DNA of 64,000 nt from the NCBI GenBank assembly GCA_051294375.1, contig CM119264.1:22717826-22781825 (forward strand), read 5' to 3'. Shown here one piece after another: positions 51,627-64,000 of the stretch. Under the pieces are notes generated by a model. It did no database searches. It saw only the letters and a list, made by a program, of their open reading frames with translations, and was not told the DNA's origin. The stretch is from Paraspadella gotoi. Its lineage: Eukaryota > Animalia > Chaetognatha. Position 1 is the stretch's first letter, and each line of letters opens with the position of its first letter. The translations under genes were made by a program, and so were the position numbers.

Positions 51627-54327
51627 ATAACATTTGGCAAAAATTTTATATGTTCACATTGCGCTGAAGACTGGAAAAAAGAGTCGAGACATGTCCGTTT
51701 AAAAAATAAAACTCGTTTTTTGTAAACAAAAATAAACTTTGTTTTCTTTCTCAATTTGTATATGTCATATTGGAAAGTGGAAACGATGGTATGGCCTAAT
51801 CCTGATAATTTTGACCTAACAATTTAGAAAACAAGGCTCGTCAAAAGATGATTGACACACTGGTTGATCGGGGCTACGATCCGGACCCGGTCAAGAAGTG
51901 GAAGTCGCAGCAAAAAACGGAGTTCGACTCGGTCAGTTAATTATTTTTACTTGTTATTATTATTTGTGTTCACGTGAACGTTTTTTTCGAGCAGGAAGAA
52001 TCTGGAAACGAACCTGACCAAGAAGAGGACGATAAAGTTGCCGCATCTGACTATGATTATCTAATGACGATGCAAATGTGGAATCTCACCAAGGAAAGGA
52101 AGGAAAAACTTTTGCAACAGCGCGATTCCAAAAAGGCTGAACTCGCCGCGCTCAAGGCCAAAACTCCCAAGGTAGGAACTTCTTGTTTTAGAGTAAGTGT
52201 AATTTCAATCAGTATCCATTTACTTTTCCTATCAGGATCTTTGGACCGACGACCTGGACACTTTGGCGACCAAATTAGACGAGGTGGAGGAGGAAGAGCG
52301 ACGTGCGGAGTCGCAAGCCCTCACGGGCGGAAAGAAAAAAAAAGAGGCGACGAAGGGTGGAAGGGCCCCGAAGAACTTTTTTCACGTGGGTGAACTTATT
52401 TCGTCGATTTTGATCGAATCCAACGATTTCTAAAATCGATTCTCTTCCGCAGCGCGCTGTGGAGGACACGAAACCGTCGCCGATCGCGCGGCGTATTGCG
52501 CCCAAGATCGCCGCTGAAATTATGGAGAAGAAGCTCAAAAAAGAAAAGTCGGAGGTTATTTCATAAGAGAATTGTCAAAATAGCAATTTTTTATTAGTTT
52601 TTGAAAGTTGCATGTAGAAAAAGTATTATAAAAAAACTGATTTGCTTTTCAGTTGGGAAAGAAGGAGCGAAAGGTGAAGAAAGAGGCAAAGACGTTGGAG
52701 GCGGAAGTGGACGAAGAGATGCACAACGAGTCGATGAACCTCGGACTCGCGGATCGTCTCGGCCTCTCTGACGAGAAGAAGAAGAAGAAGAAGAAGCCGA
52801 CAAAGAAAAAGGAAGATACGGGATCCTCCAAGACCACGCCCAAGAAGAAGAAGAAAAAGAGTGAGTAATGTGTGGAAAATGTAAGAATAGTTAAGATAGG
52901 GAGCCAGTCAGTCTTATTCTTCCCCTCCCCTCCTTTCAAGACCCTTGGGAGACCGACTCTGAAGACGAAGAGGCGCAGAGATACTTAAGCTTCAGCGAAT
53001 CCAGCGCCGAAGACAGCGCCGAGGACAATCTTCTTCCGGTCAAGGGCGCCCCTAAGGGGGCCGCGTCTGCGTCTCGTGAAAACGGGGTCGCCAGCGACGA
53101 GGAAAAGGAACTTCCCAGGTTAAAAATAAGCGGCAGAATAGGCACAATAGTCCGTCGTTTTTTATTCGGATTTATAAAAAAAATATTTTTTTAAATATAT
53201 CAGCAAATTGAGTTCCCCTCCTCGCATCGACCTCTCTGGCGAATCAGATGACGATCTGCCCTCCTTTCCTCCTGCAAACGGCAAAGCGGGGAAGAAGGAG
53301 CAGCCTAAACCCGAAGTCAAGGTGCGTCCTGTTAAACTATTTTAAATTTTACTTTACGTGTCATTTTTATTCGCATTTCTTTCGTAGAAACGAAAGCTGG
53401 GTCCTCCCAAGGTCTCAAAGAATACGAAGAAGCCCAAGCTTGATTTTTGGGAATCTTCTGACGACGAAGACGGCAACGACCTCGACGATGTTGAGTCTAA
53501 GAAAGACGACCAATCAGAGGAGAGAGATATGGACGCTCTTTTCGACGCCGCAAGAAAAATTACTCCGCCAGGTTAGTTTATAGATTGGGTTAGCATTAAT
53601 AGCCGCGTCCCTTGGCCCAGGTAACGTAACTTTTTTTTTCAATAGTCTTTCGGTCTTTGAATGTTTGTTTACATATGTAGCATTCTCAATCAACTTTCTT
53701 TCTCCCACTTCCCCTTCTCTTCCTTTCAGAGAAGAACAAAGCGAAGAAGACTGCGGTTCTCGACGAATCCTTCGGTTCGGATTCTGAATTCGCTCCCTCG
53801 AAACCCGCCAAGAAGAAGGCGGCCGCCAAACCCCCCCAAGGTTTGAAGGAACCCAAGGCCCCCAAGGCTCCGAAAGCGCCGAAGGCTTCCAAGGCGGTCA
53901 AAGAGAAAAAAGCACCCAAGAAAAAACCCGCGTGGGACTCGGGCTCCGAGTCGGAAGACGATTACGCGGCTAAGAAGGTGATTGTGACTGATTTGCGCCC
54001 TTGTAGCGGGAATAATGAGAATTAATGCTATTTTCTGTTGTATTGACATTGTTTTGCATTCAAAAAAAAGTTTTGTCTTTTGTTTTATCTTTACTTATTT
54101 GGTTTGATTGATTGAATGATTGATTTGATTGTTTGTAAATGATTCGAAGCCTATTTCTTATTGCTTTCGCGATGTTCTTTTTTCTTAAGAAATCGAAGAA
54201 AAACGCGGATGTCAGCGAGGACGACGACATGTCGCCTGAGATGGCGCCTCGCGAGCGGACCGGAAGAGGCGCTGCTCAAAAAGTAAAATACAACTTTGGC
54301 GATGACGACGATGATAGCGATTTTTAA
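34256..54327 (+). CDS. TOP2: DNA topoisomerase II (type IIA), multi-exon
   Basis: Exon 1 34256-34312 (MASIKDW...), exon 2 34517-34659 (SVERIYQKKSQLEHILLR), exon 3 from 46181 (PDSYIGSVE). Then EILVNAADN, GGRNGYGAKL, LILTEGDSA, PLKGKLLN, MADQDHDGSHIK, YKGLGTS, YHHGE, catalytic ASPRYIFT and a K/D-rich tail, stop at 54327. The 3' exons show some apparent indel errors. Confidence 0.97.
34803..35020 (+). repeat. Left arm of a long imperfect inverted repeat in Top2 intron 2 (right arm ~45845-46060)
   Basis: ATACAGAAGGCTT...AAATGAGGTACCCCTTTTTTGTGACCA recurs inverted at 46010-46057. Confidence 0.65.
35440..35640 (+). mobile_element. Penelope/Poseidon-like retroelement fragment (C-terminal half of the GIY-YIG endonuclease)
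   Basis: SAIAEHTASSGH...VLSHD, a frameshift, then NWFSRGIREAIYIKALEPSLNRDGGRFELP, the typical PLE ORF end. Confidence 0.85.
36402..45345 (-). pseudogene. Inverted, indel-ridden copy of Top2 from intron 2 to the last intron (probable assembly artefact)
   Basis: Reverse complement of 45438-54155, introns included. It mirrors about the N-gap at 45413-45437, and errors rise with distance from the gap. Confidence 0.85.
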
Positions 54328-55401
54328 TTAGACTATAGTTAACCTAAAATGTCATTACTAAATTGAAATGTCTCTCGCTTTCGCTCTACATATAACGTTA
54401 CCTTTCATTGTTACCTCCTTCCCCATTGAAGGTTTTTCTCGCATAGTACGTCCGATGATGGCCGTCTGTCTATCTGTCAAGTTTGCTCGTGATTAGTACT
54501 GGTTTTTATTAGAATTATTATCATGGTTTGTACGGATTCGTCCGTACCTCACCAAAGAATCGTTTTACTTCACATTTTCGTGTTCATATCGAGATGTAAA
54601 AAGTGTCGTTTAATATTCATTTTATCAATTTGTTTTATTGAGGCATTTATCTACAATTCACAATACTTTTTCATATTTTTTGATTTTTATTTTCATTTAC
54701 TTTTAGTTGTTACTTTATCATCATTCCAAAATACATTAGTTTGTATTAATGTAATTTGATATCTATGATCTATATTTTATTGCGACATGCGTAGCAAGCC
54801 AGGTTACGTCAATGTTACCGAAAGTATTGAGAGCGTTTCCTAGCTCGCTCTAAATAAGGCGGAACAAGTTAAAACCTGAGTTATCTCACATCAATAATGT
54901 TATTATCTTCCAGAGATAACAAAAATGAAGTTAAGGTTATAGAATACTTATCGATTTAGTATATTACAGAAGTTTCAATGTTAAATATTGGCTCGCCATA
55001 TATAGAATAGTATGTATGTTCGTAAATCGTAATATTCGTGCCAGATTTACATCGTCTTTGTAAATGTAGAAAATCATTTTCGTCTAGACAAGGCTTCTTG
55101 GCTAAAAAAAATATAAAATATTTATAAGTCATAAAAGATTTGTTGTTTTTATATAGAGAATTCCGTTAGGTGTGAGGTCGGGTCCGGGACCGGGGATGGA
55201 AGGGCAAATCGGTTAACTCGAGCCGACGAAGTCAATTGCGTTCATCCAGTGTCGCTCTTGATCCCCTTAGGCGAGGTCAGCCTTTGTGTCCGGGGTGAAA
55301 ACGATGGTTAGAATAATTTCGGTGCGTACCCGACTTTCAACTTTAAAATGAATAAGTTGGTGGAGCGAGTACATAAAGATTGAGGATTGCATCGAAATGA
55401 G

Positions 55402-55470
55402 AATACGACAATATGCAATGGAACTCGATCTCATTTGAGATAATCCACAAATTAATCTGCTTCAGAAATA
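55402..55470 (+). repeat. Short dispersed repeat with an inverted copy at ~61224-61300
   Basis: AATACGACAATATGCAA...GAACTC.ATCTCATTT.AGA.AAT.CACAAATTAATCTGCT is shared in opposite orientation. Confidence 0.6.
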
Positions 55471-56274
55471 GTTAACGAAGTGAGGGAAAATTATTACGGA
55501 TCCAGTCTCGCTCATTGTTACTCAGCAACGTTTAAAGCTATGAATGAAATGGCTAATAAAATTCTCCATTTCGAACTATAAGTGTTTGAACTCGGGAGAG
55601 CACGTTTGTTAGTTCGCTTATTTTAATATCTATTTTTTTTATTATTATTTTATTATTTCGGATTTCTCTTCCTCCGTCCTACAGAATCCCAGGTTGCAGA
55701 TCTCGACAGATTTAATTATCGAATACATGTAAATTGAATGTTTAGTCATTTTGAAAGAAATAGCGTGCCATTAATCGATATAAACCAAAGATTTATTGAG
55801 GTAGGTTTTACGGCGAAATTTAAATTAGTGGATCTTTATCGAATGGTGCATTACTTTAAATTGCAGTCATCAAAGCCGTCGTGTCTACGGTGTCTACCGC
55901 GATCCGTGAAATCGGTCGCTGCCGAGCAAACTTTCTCATCCTCGGGACGATCGGTTCATCGGCCAGCGAAACCCCCCTTGCTCTCCAGATCAGGAAGGGA
56001 TTTCCTCTTCCTCCTCTCATTCTCCCCCCGCCGATCGCCGTCTCCATAGCGTTGGGTTTCGATCGTCGTCTTCCAACGCCTCGTCGTACTCATCGTCGTC
56101 GAATCTTTTCGTCGATCGGATAGACTCGGTTCGTCATCGCCGCGATTATTCGATTTCGACAGATTCATCAAAATAAATTTAGTTAATGAAATGTTAGAAA
56201 TAAGTGAATTATATGATTACGAAAGTATTTTTCTTCTCCTGCATCTCGTTAATTAAACAAAATTCGGATTCATC

Positions 56275-57814
56275 ATGGAGACGTGCTTATCTCCTGGAAA
56301 CGGCGTAATACAGAGTCACCGAGATCTTATGGCGTCCGCCACGCAGCTTCACATTCACGCCACTGGGGCTGACGGTTCGCCAGACGTTCACAAGGGTTTG
56401 TAAATTATTTTTTCTGTAAAAAAAAACAATGCAAACAGACTATTGTGGGAATTCCAGTTGAATGCGGGAATGCAATTGCCATTTGAAAAAAAAATGCAAA
56501 TGTGGAGCGGTGGTTTCTACAAAAGTACCTAACAATTACTGAAACTCTTCGATTTCTCTTCCTGTTTTTTTAAAAAAAAATTTTCTTTACCATTTCTTTT
56601 ACGGTTCCACTGGTTAATATTACATCTATTTTCAAGCTCTTACGGTATTACTTATCAAATTTTAAAACTCGTACTTTTTTTTTCAAATCGTAACGTTTGC
56701 TAGCAAGAAAACCTATCGCTCGAAATCCAACACCCGCCTCACGAAGTCCCAATTCCTTTGTATCCCCCTCCCCCCCCCCCCCCCGAGTGCCCGCTGTCAA
56801 AACCTAAACCACCCTCTTCCCCATTCCGTCCCTCACGTCTCCGGGCGCACGTAGCCCGCGGAAGGTTCCTTAATCTATGGCCAAATCTAGAGTGTCGCGG
56901 GCGGGACGTTTAAGAGCGCCCGGTCCGGCGAGCCAAGGCGCCTTTAACAAATGATTGGGGCGAAGAGGGCGATTCGTTTTCCGTGTCACACGGCTACCAG
57001 GAATTTCTCTTGCCATCTATCAATAGATTATATTTGATTGTGGAATATTAATAAATCCCAAGATGAAAAATATTCTCATACATTGAAAAAAAAAACTACT
57101 CTTACGCGTAGCTAATTTCACGATAAACATGGCTCTATAGAAACATAATAAAATAACTAAAATAAGTAATTTTTTCCGACTGTGCGGCGACGACAACAAC
57201 AACGACGATATATATACGTCTATACTTGAATCAATCTAATCTAATCGATCGATAAATTTGTCATCAGGCGATTACTACGATCACGACCCCGACGCCATCG
57301 ACGATGACGACGACGACGACGACGAGGTTGAAAAACGGAAAAAGAGAAGGAACAGGTGAGCAATGTCTTGCTGCGTTGTGATAATTGAATGCGTGATCGA
57401 TGTGAAGTATCGCCAAGGTAGACGGACGGACGTTTGACTCTCATTGGCTCTCCTCTGGCGGTGACGAAGATTGACGCTCGACTTTTTTTAAAGTTCAACC
57501 TTCATCAAAAAAAACAAGCTTTTACGCCCTATGAAATACAAGCAATAGCTAAGGTTAAAAAAAGCTGTGGTCAATCATCCCGAATTTGCATCTGGTAGTA
57601 ACCGGTCAAATATCCATGTTTCTAAATTCCTCAGCATACTGGCGTTAATGGAATTCAAAGATAAAATATTAGAGATTTTGAAGAAAGGAAAAAAAAGATA
57701 ATGGAAAAGAAAACGGGCGAGCTTTGAAATTTTCTTTTATAATTTATTGCACTGTTAAAGGAAAAATAAAGAATGCAATCCTGACCTAAGAAAAAAAATG
57801 GTGGGAGTTTTGGA

Positions 57815-57871
<57 letters not shown>

Positions 57872-58038
57872 CACCCCAGCAGGCCCTATTTCCATTTTTA
57901 TTTACATTCTTCAGAACGACATTTACTGCTTTTCAATTGGAAGAAATGGAACGAGTTTTTCAAAAGACTCACTACCCAGACGTCTACGCGCGAGAGCAGC
58001 TCGCCATGAGATGCGCGCTGACAGAAGCCAGAGTTCAG
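56275..58038 (+). CDS. Alx: Alx-family paired-class homeobox gene, first three coding exons; helix-3 exon not seen in this window
   Basis: Exons 56275-56395, 57268-57355 and 57915-58038 join in phase to give ...[49 protein letters not shown], with an intron at the canonical Q46/V47 position. Confidence 0.85.
57815..57865. repeat. (TG)n(AG)n compound microsatellite
   Basis: Seen directly. Confidence 0.95.
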
Positions 58039-60090
58039 GCGAGTACAGCTTTGTCGATGGTCGACTTTTGAATCGACTTTAAGAAAAGTTAAGAAGCGTC
58101 ATTTCATTAATTCTGAGTATTTCGAACTAGACTTGATCTATCATTGATTATCAATATTTACTAATAATCTATAATAATGATAACGATAATATTTAATCAT
58201 TAATCGCGTTGTTGGACGACGCTCAATGTCGCTTGACTTCGTCAAATTCCTTTTTTATGTTCACTTGTCTTTCTTTCTTTCTTTATTTATACTGCGGCGC
58301 CGCAGTGTATTTATTTCGGTTTCTCCCCTTTGTTCGATTTTTTAAAGGGTCATGGATGTCCATTCCTACTTTTCTTTGTCATTGCTTGTTTCTCTTTTTC
58401 GTTCCTTCCTTTCCTTTCTTTTTTCGAGTTCCTCATTTTTTGTTCTTTCCTCCGTTTTTCATTTTAGTTTCCTTTTTTTCTTTTCTCGGTCGCGTTCAAT
58501 CAATCCTCGTTTATTTCCCTCGCCGTCTGTTTAGTATTGACGATTCTCTTAAATTATGTCCACAACGGCGGCGACATCGGTGGGCGTGGCCAGGGGCTCA
58601 ATGGCCAAGAGCCATGTTGTTATTTCTTTCCTCCGAACGATAAGAGAAACAAGTTCTTTAATTTTTTTTTACACATGCTTGTGGTGTATATCCCATACCT
58701 TTAAAAACGTGATCATCACGAAAGCGTTAATTTAAGAATGTCAATTTCGTGAGCATTGATGATATTCCCGTCTCATCGCGCCTTTGCGGTCTGACCTCCC
58801 TCCCCTGCCGCCTCCCCCTCTCCCCCATTCCCCCAAAATGACCTTTCACGTTCGTTTCGTCGTTTCGAACTTTCGACTCAACGTCGCCGATTATTCTCGT
58901 CGCCCTCGTCTCTCACTTTTACGGTGAGAGCGATTATTTCGTGAGACGGTGAACGAGACGTAAAAATCGCTCGACGCCGACTAAGACTACCTCATGATTA
59001 GATTTTTTTTTTTGGGGGGGAAAGAAAATATTGGCAACGTCGTTCTTATTGTCGCTTCGATGGTCGCCTGATTTGCGCGACCAATTGCCCGTCAAGATGG
59101 CGTGATATCGCGATTACCGCAATTCTCTCGACCCCGCCAACCGTGAGTGGATTGGATCGAGATCTGTGATTGGACGGGAAAAGGGTTTGGCTGAGTCTGA
59201 GAGAATCTATCGCGTTCGTGGATCTTTGTTCGTTGATTTATCGTCAGTCTTAACAAATTCGAAATCTTAAAGCGGTTTGTGACGGACAATGTTTTTTGTT
59301 CGATAATTAAATCGGAAAAAGATAACTTTGCTTTTCCGACGAGGCCACATTGTCGGTTTTGATCAGTAGAATTAGTTTTATAAAAAATTTGAATACTAGA
59401 TCTCAAATTTCGGATCTGAGTACATACTATTAGTGATGTTTTTTTTATTTACGTAAAAAAGCTTTCTTCGGTGAGCTTTTCTCTCTCTTATCATTTCTCC
59501 TTTCTTACATCACGCGCCCCATCAATATCCACGCCCCACTGAACCCCTCATCATTCTTCCCGCCCATTTTACCCGCCCCACCCTCGCTCGCGCACCCCCA
59601 CCGGCCACCCCCTAACCCCAACTCTTGGAAGGACGCGGCGTGGAAGTCCGTTCGATTTCGGGTTCCCGACTTCATCCCGTCGCCCCGGGGCTTTTCCTTG
59701 TAACCAGGTGAAAGACGACGGGGAGTTTTCGCTCTCTTCCTCCCGTCGAGGCCGACCTCCTTATCTCGGGCCTTTTTTTTTCGCGAGGGGGCGTTGTGGG
59801 GCTTGGAGGGGGAAATGGGCGGAGAAGGCGGGAAAGTAAGATGGCGGTGGAGTTTGGCCGCGGGACAGGGTGAGGGAATTTGGCGGGAAAGGGTGAGGAT
59901 TTGAAGGATGGTGAGTTAGGGTTGATAAACACAGAGACGGACGTTAGCGGAGGCGGTGATTTTTTTTTCTTTTTCATTTCTTTTACTTTTTCTTTTCTTT
60001 AATTTTCTCTCTCGTCGTCTTTCTCGTCCTGACTGCTGCTCTCTTCGGTACATTCTATTTTTCCATCCATACCTCTCTAGCTCTCTCTCA

Positions 60091-60094
<4 letters not shown>

Positions 60095-60167
<73 letters not shown>
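60095..60167. repeat. (CT)n microsatellite; similar tracts at 2480-2530, 2855-2889, 26640-26732, 61950-61985, 63000-63075
   Basis: Seen directly. Confidence 0.95.
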
Positions 60168-60170
<3 letters not shown>

Positions 60171-61673
60171 CTCCTAAAAATTGAAAGGATGAGTAACTTT
60201 TAATTGGAAAATCCTAAGAGCCTTTGTTGTTAAGCTGCGAGAAGCGAAGGGGATTCCGTGAAAGGAATTCACGTCATCTTGCGGATTTGTGAAGACGCGA
60301 AGAAATGACAGGATTTGAAAAAACAAAAGTTGATTCGATTGAGAGAAAAACACAAATAAATAAAGTTTAAACAGCATAATACAGTCTTCTAGAATCAATA
60401 ATGATTAAAGTATAAACACTATTACATAATATAAATCGAGAGGTAATGGGAAGCGACGAGATGAGTTATTTACTAATTAAGAAAAATACTAAAAACCGTC
60501 ATTTTGGGAAGACTCGAAAAAACACGTCATTTATCCTTATTGAATAATGAAAAATCATGTTCTCGAGGTATAAATTATCTTAAATATCATTGGAGACTAT
60601 AGTTACAAATTTCAATTTCTAATTCTTTTTTTTAACAAATATCATTTTACTTTAAGGTGCATAAAACGAAAGGAAAACGCTTGTAAGCATCGACGCGAAA
60701 ACAAATCACCTCGGATTGTTTTTTGTGTTGAGCAGCGATAATCATTGCAATCAACTCTCGGACTCAAAATCATTTCCTCCTTTAATTTATCCTGAAAAAA
60801 AAAAATCTATTCGAAATTAGAAAGAAAGAGAAAAAGAAAGAAAGAAAAAAAGAAATTAAAAAGGAAGAAAGAAAAAAAAGTTAAGACAGAAAGAAAAACC
60901 AAGAATAAAAAGGATGCAGAAGTAGAATTTTGCAGATTTTCTGACGAAAAAATCAGGTGAAATCGAGAAAAAAAGGAGGAGTTAAAAAATGAGGAAGAAT
61001 CAAAAGGCCAATCGATGGGAGGCTGATTATAAGGGAGGGTGAAGGGAGGAAAGAGGGGGGTAGAAGGAGGAAGGAAAATTGAAGAGAGTGAGGAAGACTT
61101 GTTGAAAAAATAAGTCTGAAAGTAGAATAAATTATAATGGTTTTTGAGGAAGGAGCCCTTGGTGGAGCTTACATTGTGTACGAGAAGCTTTCAGGCTCAC
61201 ACTCTCTTTCTCTCTTCTTTTATATTTGTAGCAGATTAATTTGTGAATTGTCTGAAATGAGATTGAGTTCCTCAATCTCATTTGCATATTGTCGTATTTT
61301 GATTAAGCTTTGATAAATACTTATTCTATTACCTTAAAGGTTTAATATTATTATTTTACATTAGTAAATGATCATGTTTATTTGTGGTTCCGTTAATAGC
61401 TAAATAATTAATGATTTAATTGTCATAATTGCTAGTTTATTATATATAGCATCCATTAAGATATTAACATGTAATTGCTATCTTTTCATAGGTCTATACT
61501 TGAATACATTGCAAGCCTAACTCTCTAGTTCATTAGTCTTACCAAGAAGCCAGTCAAGTAGCCTTCAAACATTAAGTAAGTCACTGAATAATTATCCACT
61601 GAACCTATAGTAACCGATGTCATGTATAATCAGGGTAACCATCATCACAACAGAGATACCCCTCTGTAAGATA

Positions 61674-61720
61674 TTCATTCATTCATTCATTCATTCATTC
61701 ATTCATTCATTCATTCATTC
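61674..61720. repeat. (TTCA)n microsatellite
   Basis: Seen directly. Confidence 0.95.
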
Positions 61721-61942
61721 TCTGTCATTCTCCGTTAGTTTTTCTTTAAGTCAGTCTTGTCTCTCTCTCTCTTTCTCTGTCTTTTTCTATATTTCTCTCT
61801 CTCTTTCTCTGTCTCTTTTTTTTATCACTCTCTTTCTTTCTCTCCCATTTGACGCATAGAACTCCTTCTCACCTTCAAGACACGAGGGAAAAAAAAGCAC
61901 AACGAAAAAAAGCGCATAAAAAAAAAGGAAATTGTGCGTTGG

Positions 61943-61985
<43 letters not shown>

Positions 61986-63021
61986 TCGTACTCTCTCTTT
62001 CTCTCTCCTCGCTTTCTCTCTCTCTCATATCGGATGAGAGCGCCCGGATCATTTGACTGGGGTGGCCCGGGGGTGAGAACCGAAAGAGAGAGAAATGAGA
62101 AAAATCTCTCCTGCTCATCTCTCGTCGTCTCTCTCTCTCTCTCTCCTCTTCTCTCTCCTCTCCCTCTGCTTGTCCCCAAGAATGCGGGGAGTTTCGGCGC
62201 CCGCCTCTGATCTTCGGAAGAGGCGAAGCGCCAACGTGAGGAGGAGGGGGAAGAGTGGAGCCTCTTTGCAGCCCCTCGCACAGCTCGGGCCATGGGAGAA
62301 GTGGGGATGAAGTGGGGAGGAGGGGGGGGGATAAAATGGGGGAAGAGAGGAGAGGAAGAGTAATGGCTGAAGAAGAGAGGAGGAGTTTGGGGAGGATTAG
62401 GAGGTTGAAGGCGAGGAGAGAAGAGGATAGAGACAGAGGAAGAAAGAGTTGGTTGAAGAAAAAAGAAAAAAGAAAAACGATTCGACCTTATAAAAAATGC
62501 ACTATTGCTTATTCTACTCTTTCAGTTTACATTTTAATATCAAGAAATTTAAAATATTTTTTTTTTAAATATTAAACTTAATAATTTGCATATTATAATA
62601 TTAATATTTGAGAAAACATGATATGGAAAACGTTTAGTGAGATTTGCTGAAGACGTGATGAGTGAAAATTCACTTTTTATCACTGGATTTGATTTGTTGA
62701 GTCTCAATGTTTGACCACAGACTAGAGTTAACATTGTAAGATATTTTTGATTAGTTTGTCTATCCATGGTAATACGTAAAAACTGTATTATCCTTGATAG
62801 TAACACGATAGACCATAAAATGAAATGAAGGAGAAAAAAAATAGAATAAAAATTTTTTTTTAAGAACTCGTTCATTATCTGTCGGAGTAAATCGATTCTA
62901 GACCACAAAAATTGTTGTTAAACGATAACGATAACCCGTCCCTTTTTCCGCCCGTTTTGGGCGTGGCGTCTATTAACCTGACTTTCCTCTTCCCATTTCT
63001 CTCTCTCTCTCTCGCTCTCTC

Positions 63022-63077
<56 letters not shown>

Positions 63078-63202
63078 CTTTTAATTAATTTTGATTTTCG
63101 TCATGAGGCGTCGATTTGGCGAAAATTCGCTTCTCGTAAAAAACAGGTGAAGCGAATCTCGGAGAGGATTCCATCGCATTATCGCGAGATAGAGTCAGTG
63201 AA

Positions 63203-63235
<33 letters not shown>

Positions 63236-63848
63236 GATGAGAGGGAGAGAGAGAGAGAGAAGAGAGAGAGAGGAAGAGAGAGAGAGAGAGAGTGAGTCTG
63301 GATCAAGTCAAAATAATTAACCACCGGTTAATAGAAAGTACAATTTTTTTCACAAACCTCATTAAAATGTGATGCAAAATAATTTTTTGAAATATTAGAA
63401 ACATTTGTACTCAAAATAAGGCAAACTTCTTACGTGTTGTTTTAATTCGTTGGCTAAATTTTACGGAATATGCTCTAAAAAATGCAGTGACAGAATAGAT
63501 GCTGAAATAAAAGATCATGTTGCAATCTCACTTTCACCTTCATAAACTTGTAAATATTTCACTCCCATTTTTAGGCTTCGCAGGTGCAGTGTCTCCCCAT
63601 GATTAAAAAGTGTTTTATTCTCGTCTTATTCAATAAAGCTCAAAGAGAATATTTATGTATGCAACACTTCGAAAGTTTTTCTCCGAGAATCAATATGTGC
63701 TTGTAATGCAAGCTCATTGCCCTCTCAGTTGTCACACTATAATCTGTATTAATCATGTACTGATCGTCTTGATTCAGATTAATGTAAACAGATTAATAAT
63801 GTCAAATTCACGCCACATTACTTTGAAATCACATAAAACGTACTTGTT

Positions 63849-63959
<111 letters not shown>

Positions 63960-64000
63960 TTCTCTCTCTCTCTTTTTCATTCTTATCTCGAGTCTCACTG

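Noticed and set aside
61617-62575. ORFs rich in SL/ER dipeptides (also 2391-2986, 26584-26769, 63774-63998)
   Set aside because: These are translations of (GA)n/(CT)n microsatellites.

Overview
AT-rich, intron-containing animal genomic DNA. It is probably a non-insect, non-nematode invertebrate (inferred from an Alx-class homeobox), and it comes from a draft assembly with four N-gaps and indel-rich patches. Genes, left to right: FBXO11-like 5' part (-), hydroxylysine kinase-like (-), ENOX-like (-), an acidic orphan gene whose first exon is duplicated across a gap (+), an HMG20-like HMG-box/zinc-finger gene (-) head-to-head with DNA topoisomerase II (+), and the 5' part of an Alx homeobox gene (+). 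An ~9 kb inverted copy of most of Top2 abuts a gap and is probably an assembly artefact. Introns and intergenic DNA hold MITEs, CRE-clade and Penelope-like retroelement relics (one with an intact-looking hammerhead ribozyme) and microsatellites. The most notable signal is a dispersed ~235-bp repeat (4 copies) that joins a tRNA-Gly-like module to a circularly permuted (type-P5) twister ribozyme fold, enclosed by a long-range stem. All calls come from reading the sequence by eye; no searches or folding programs were run.
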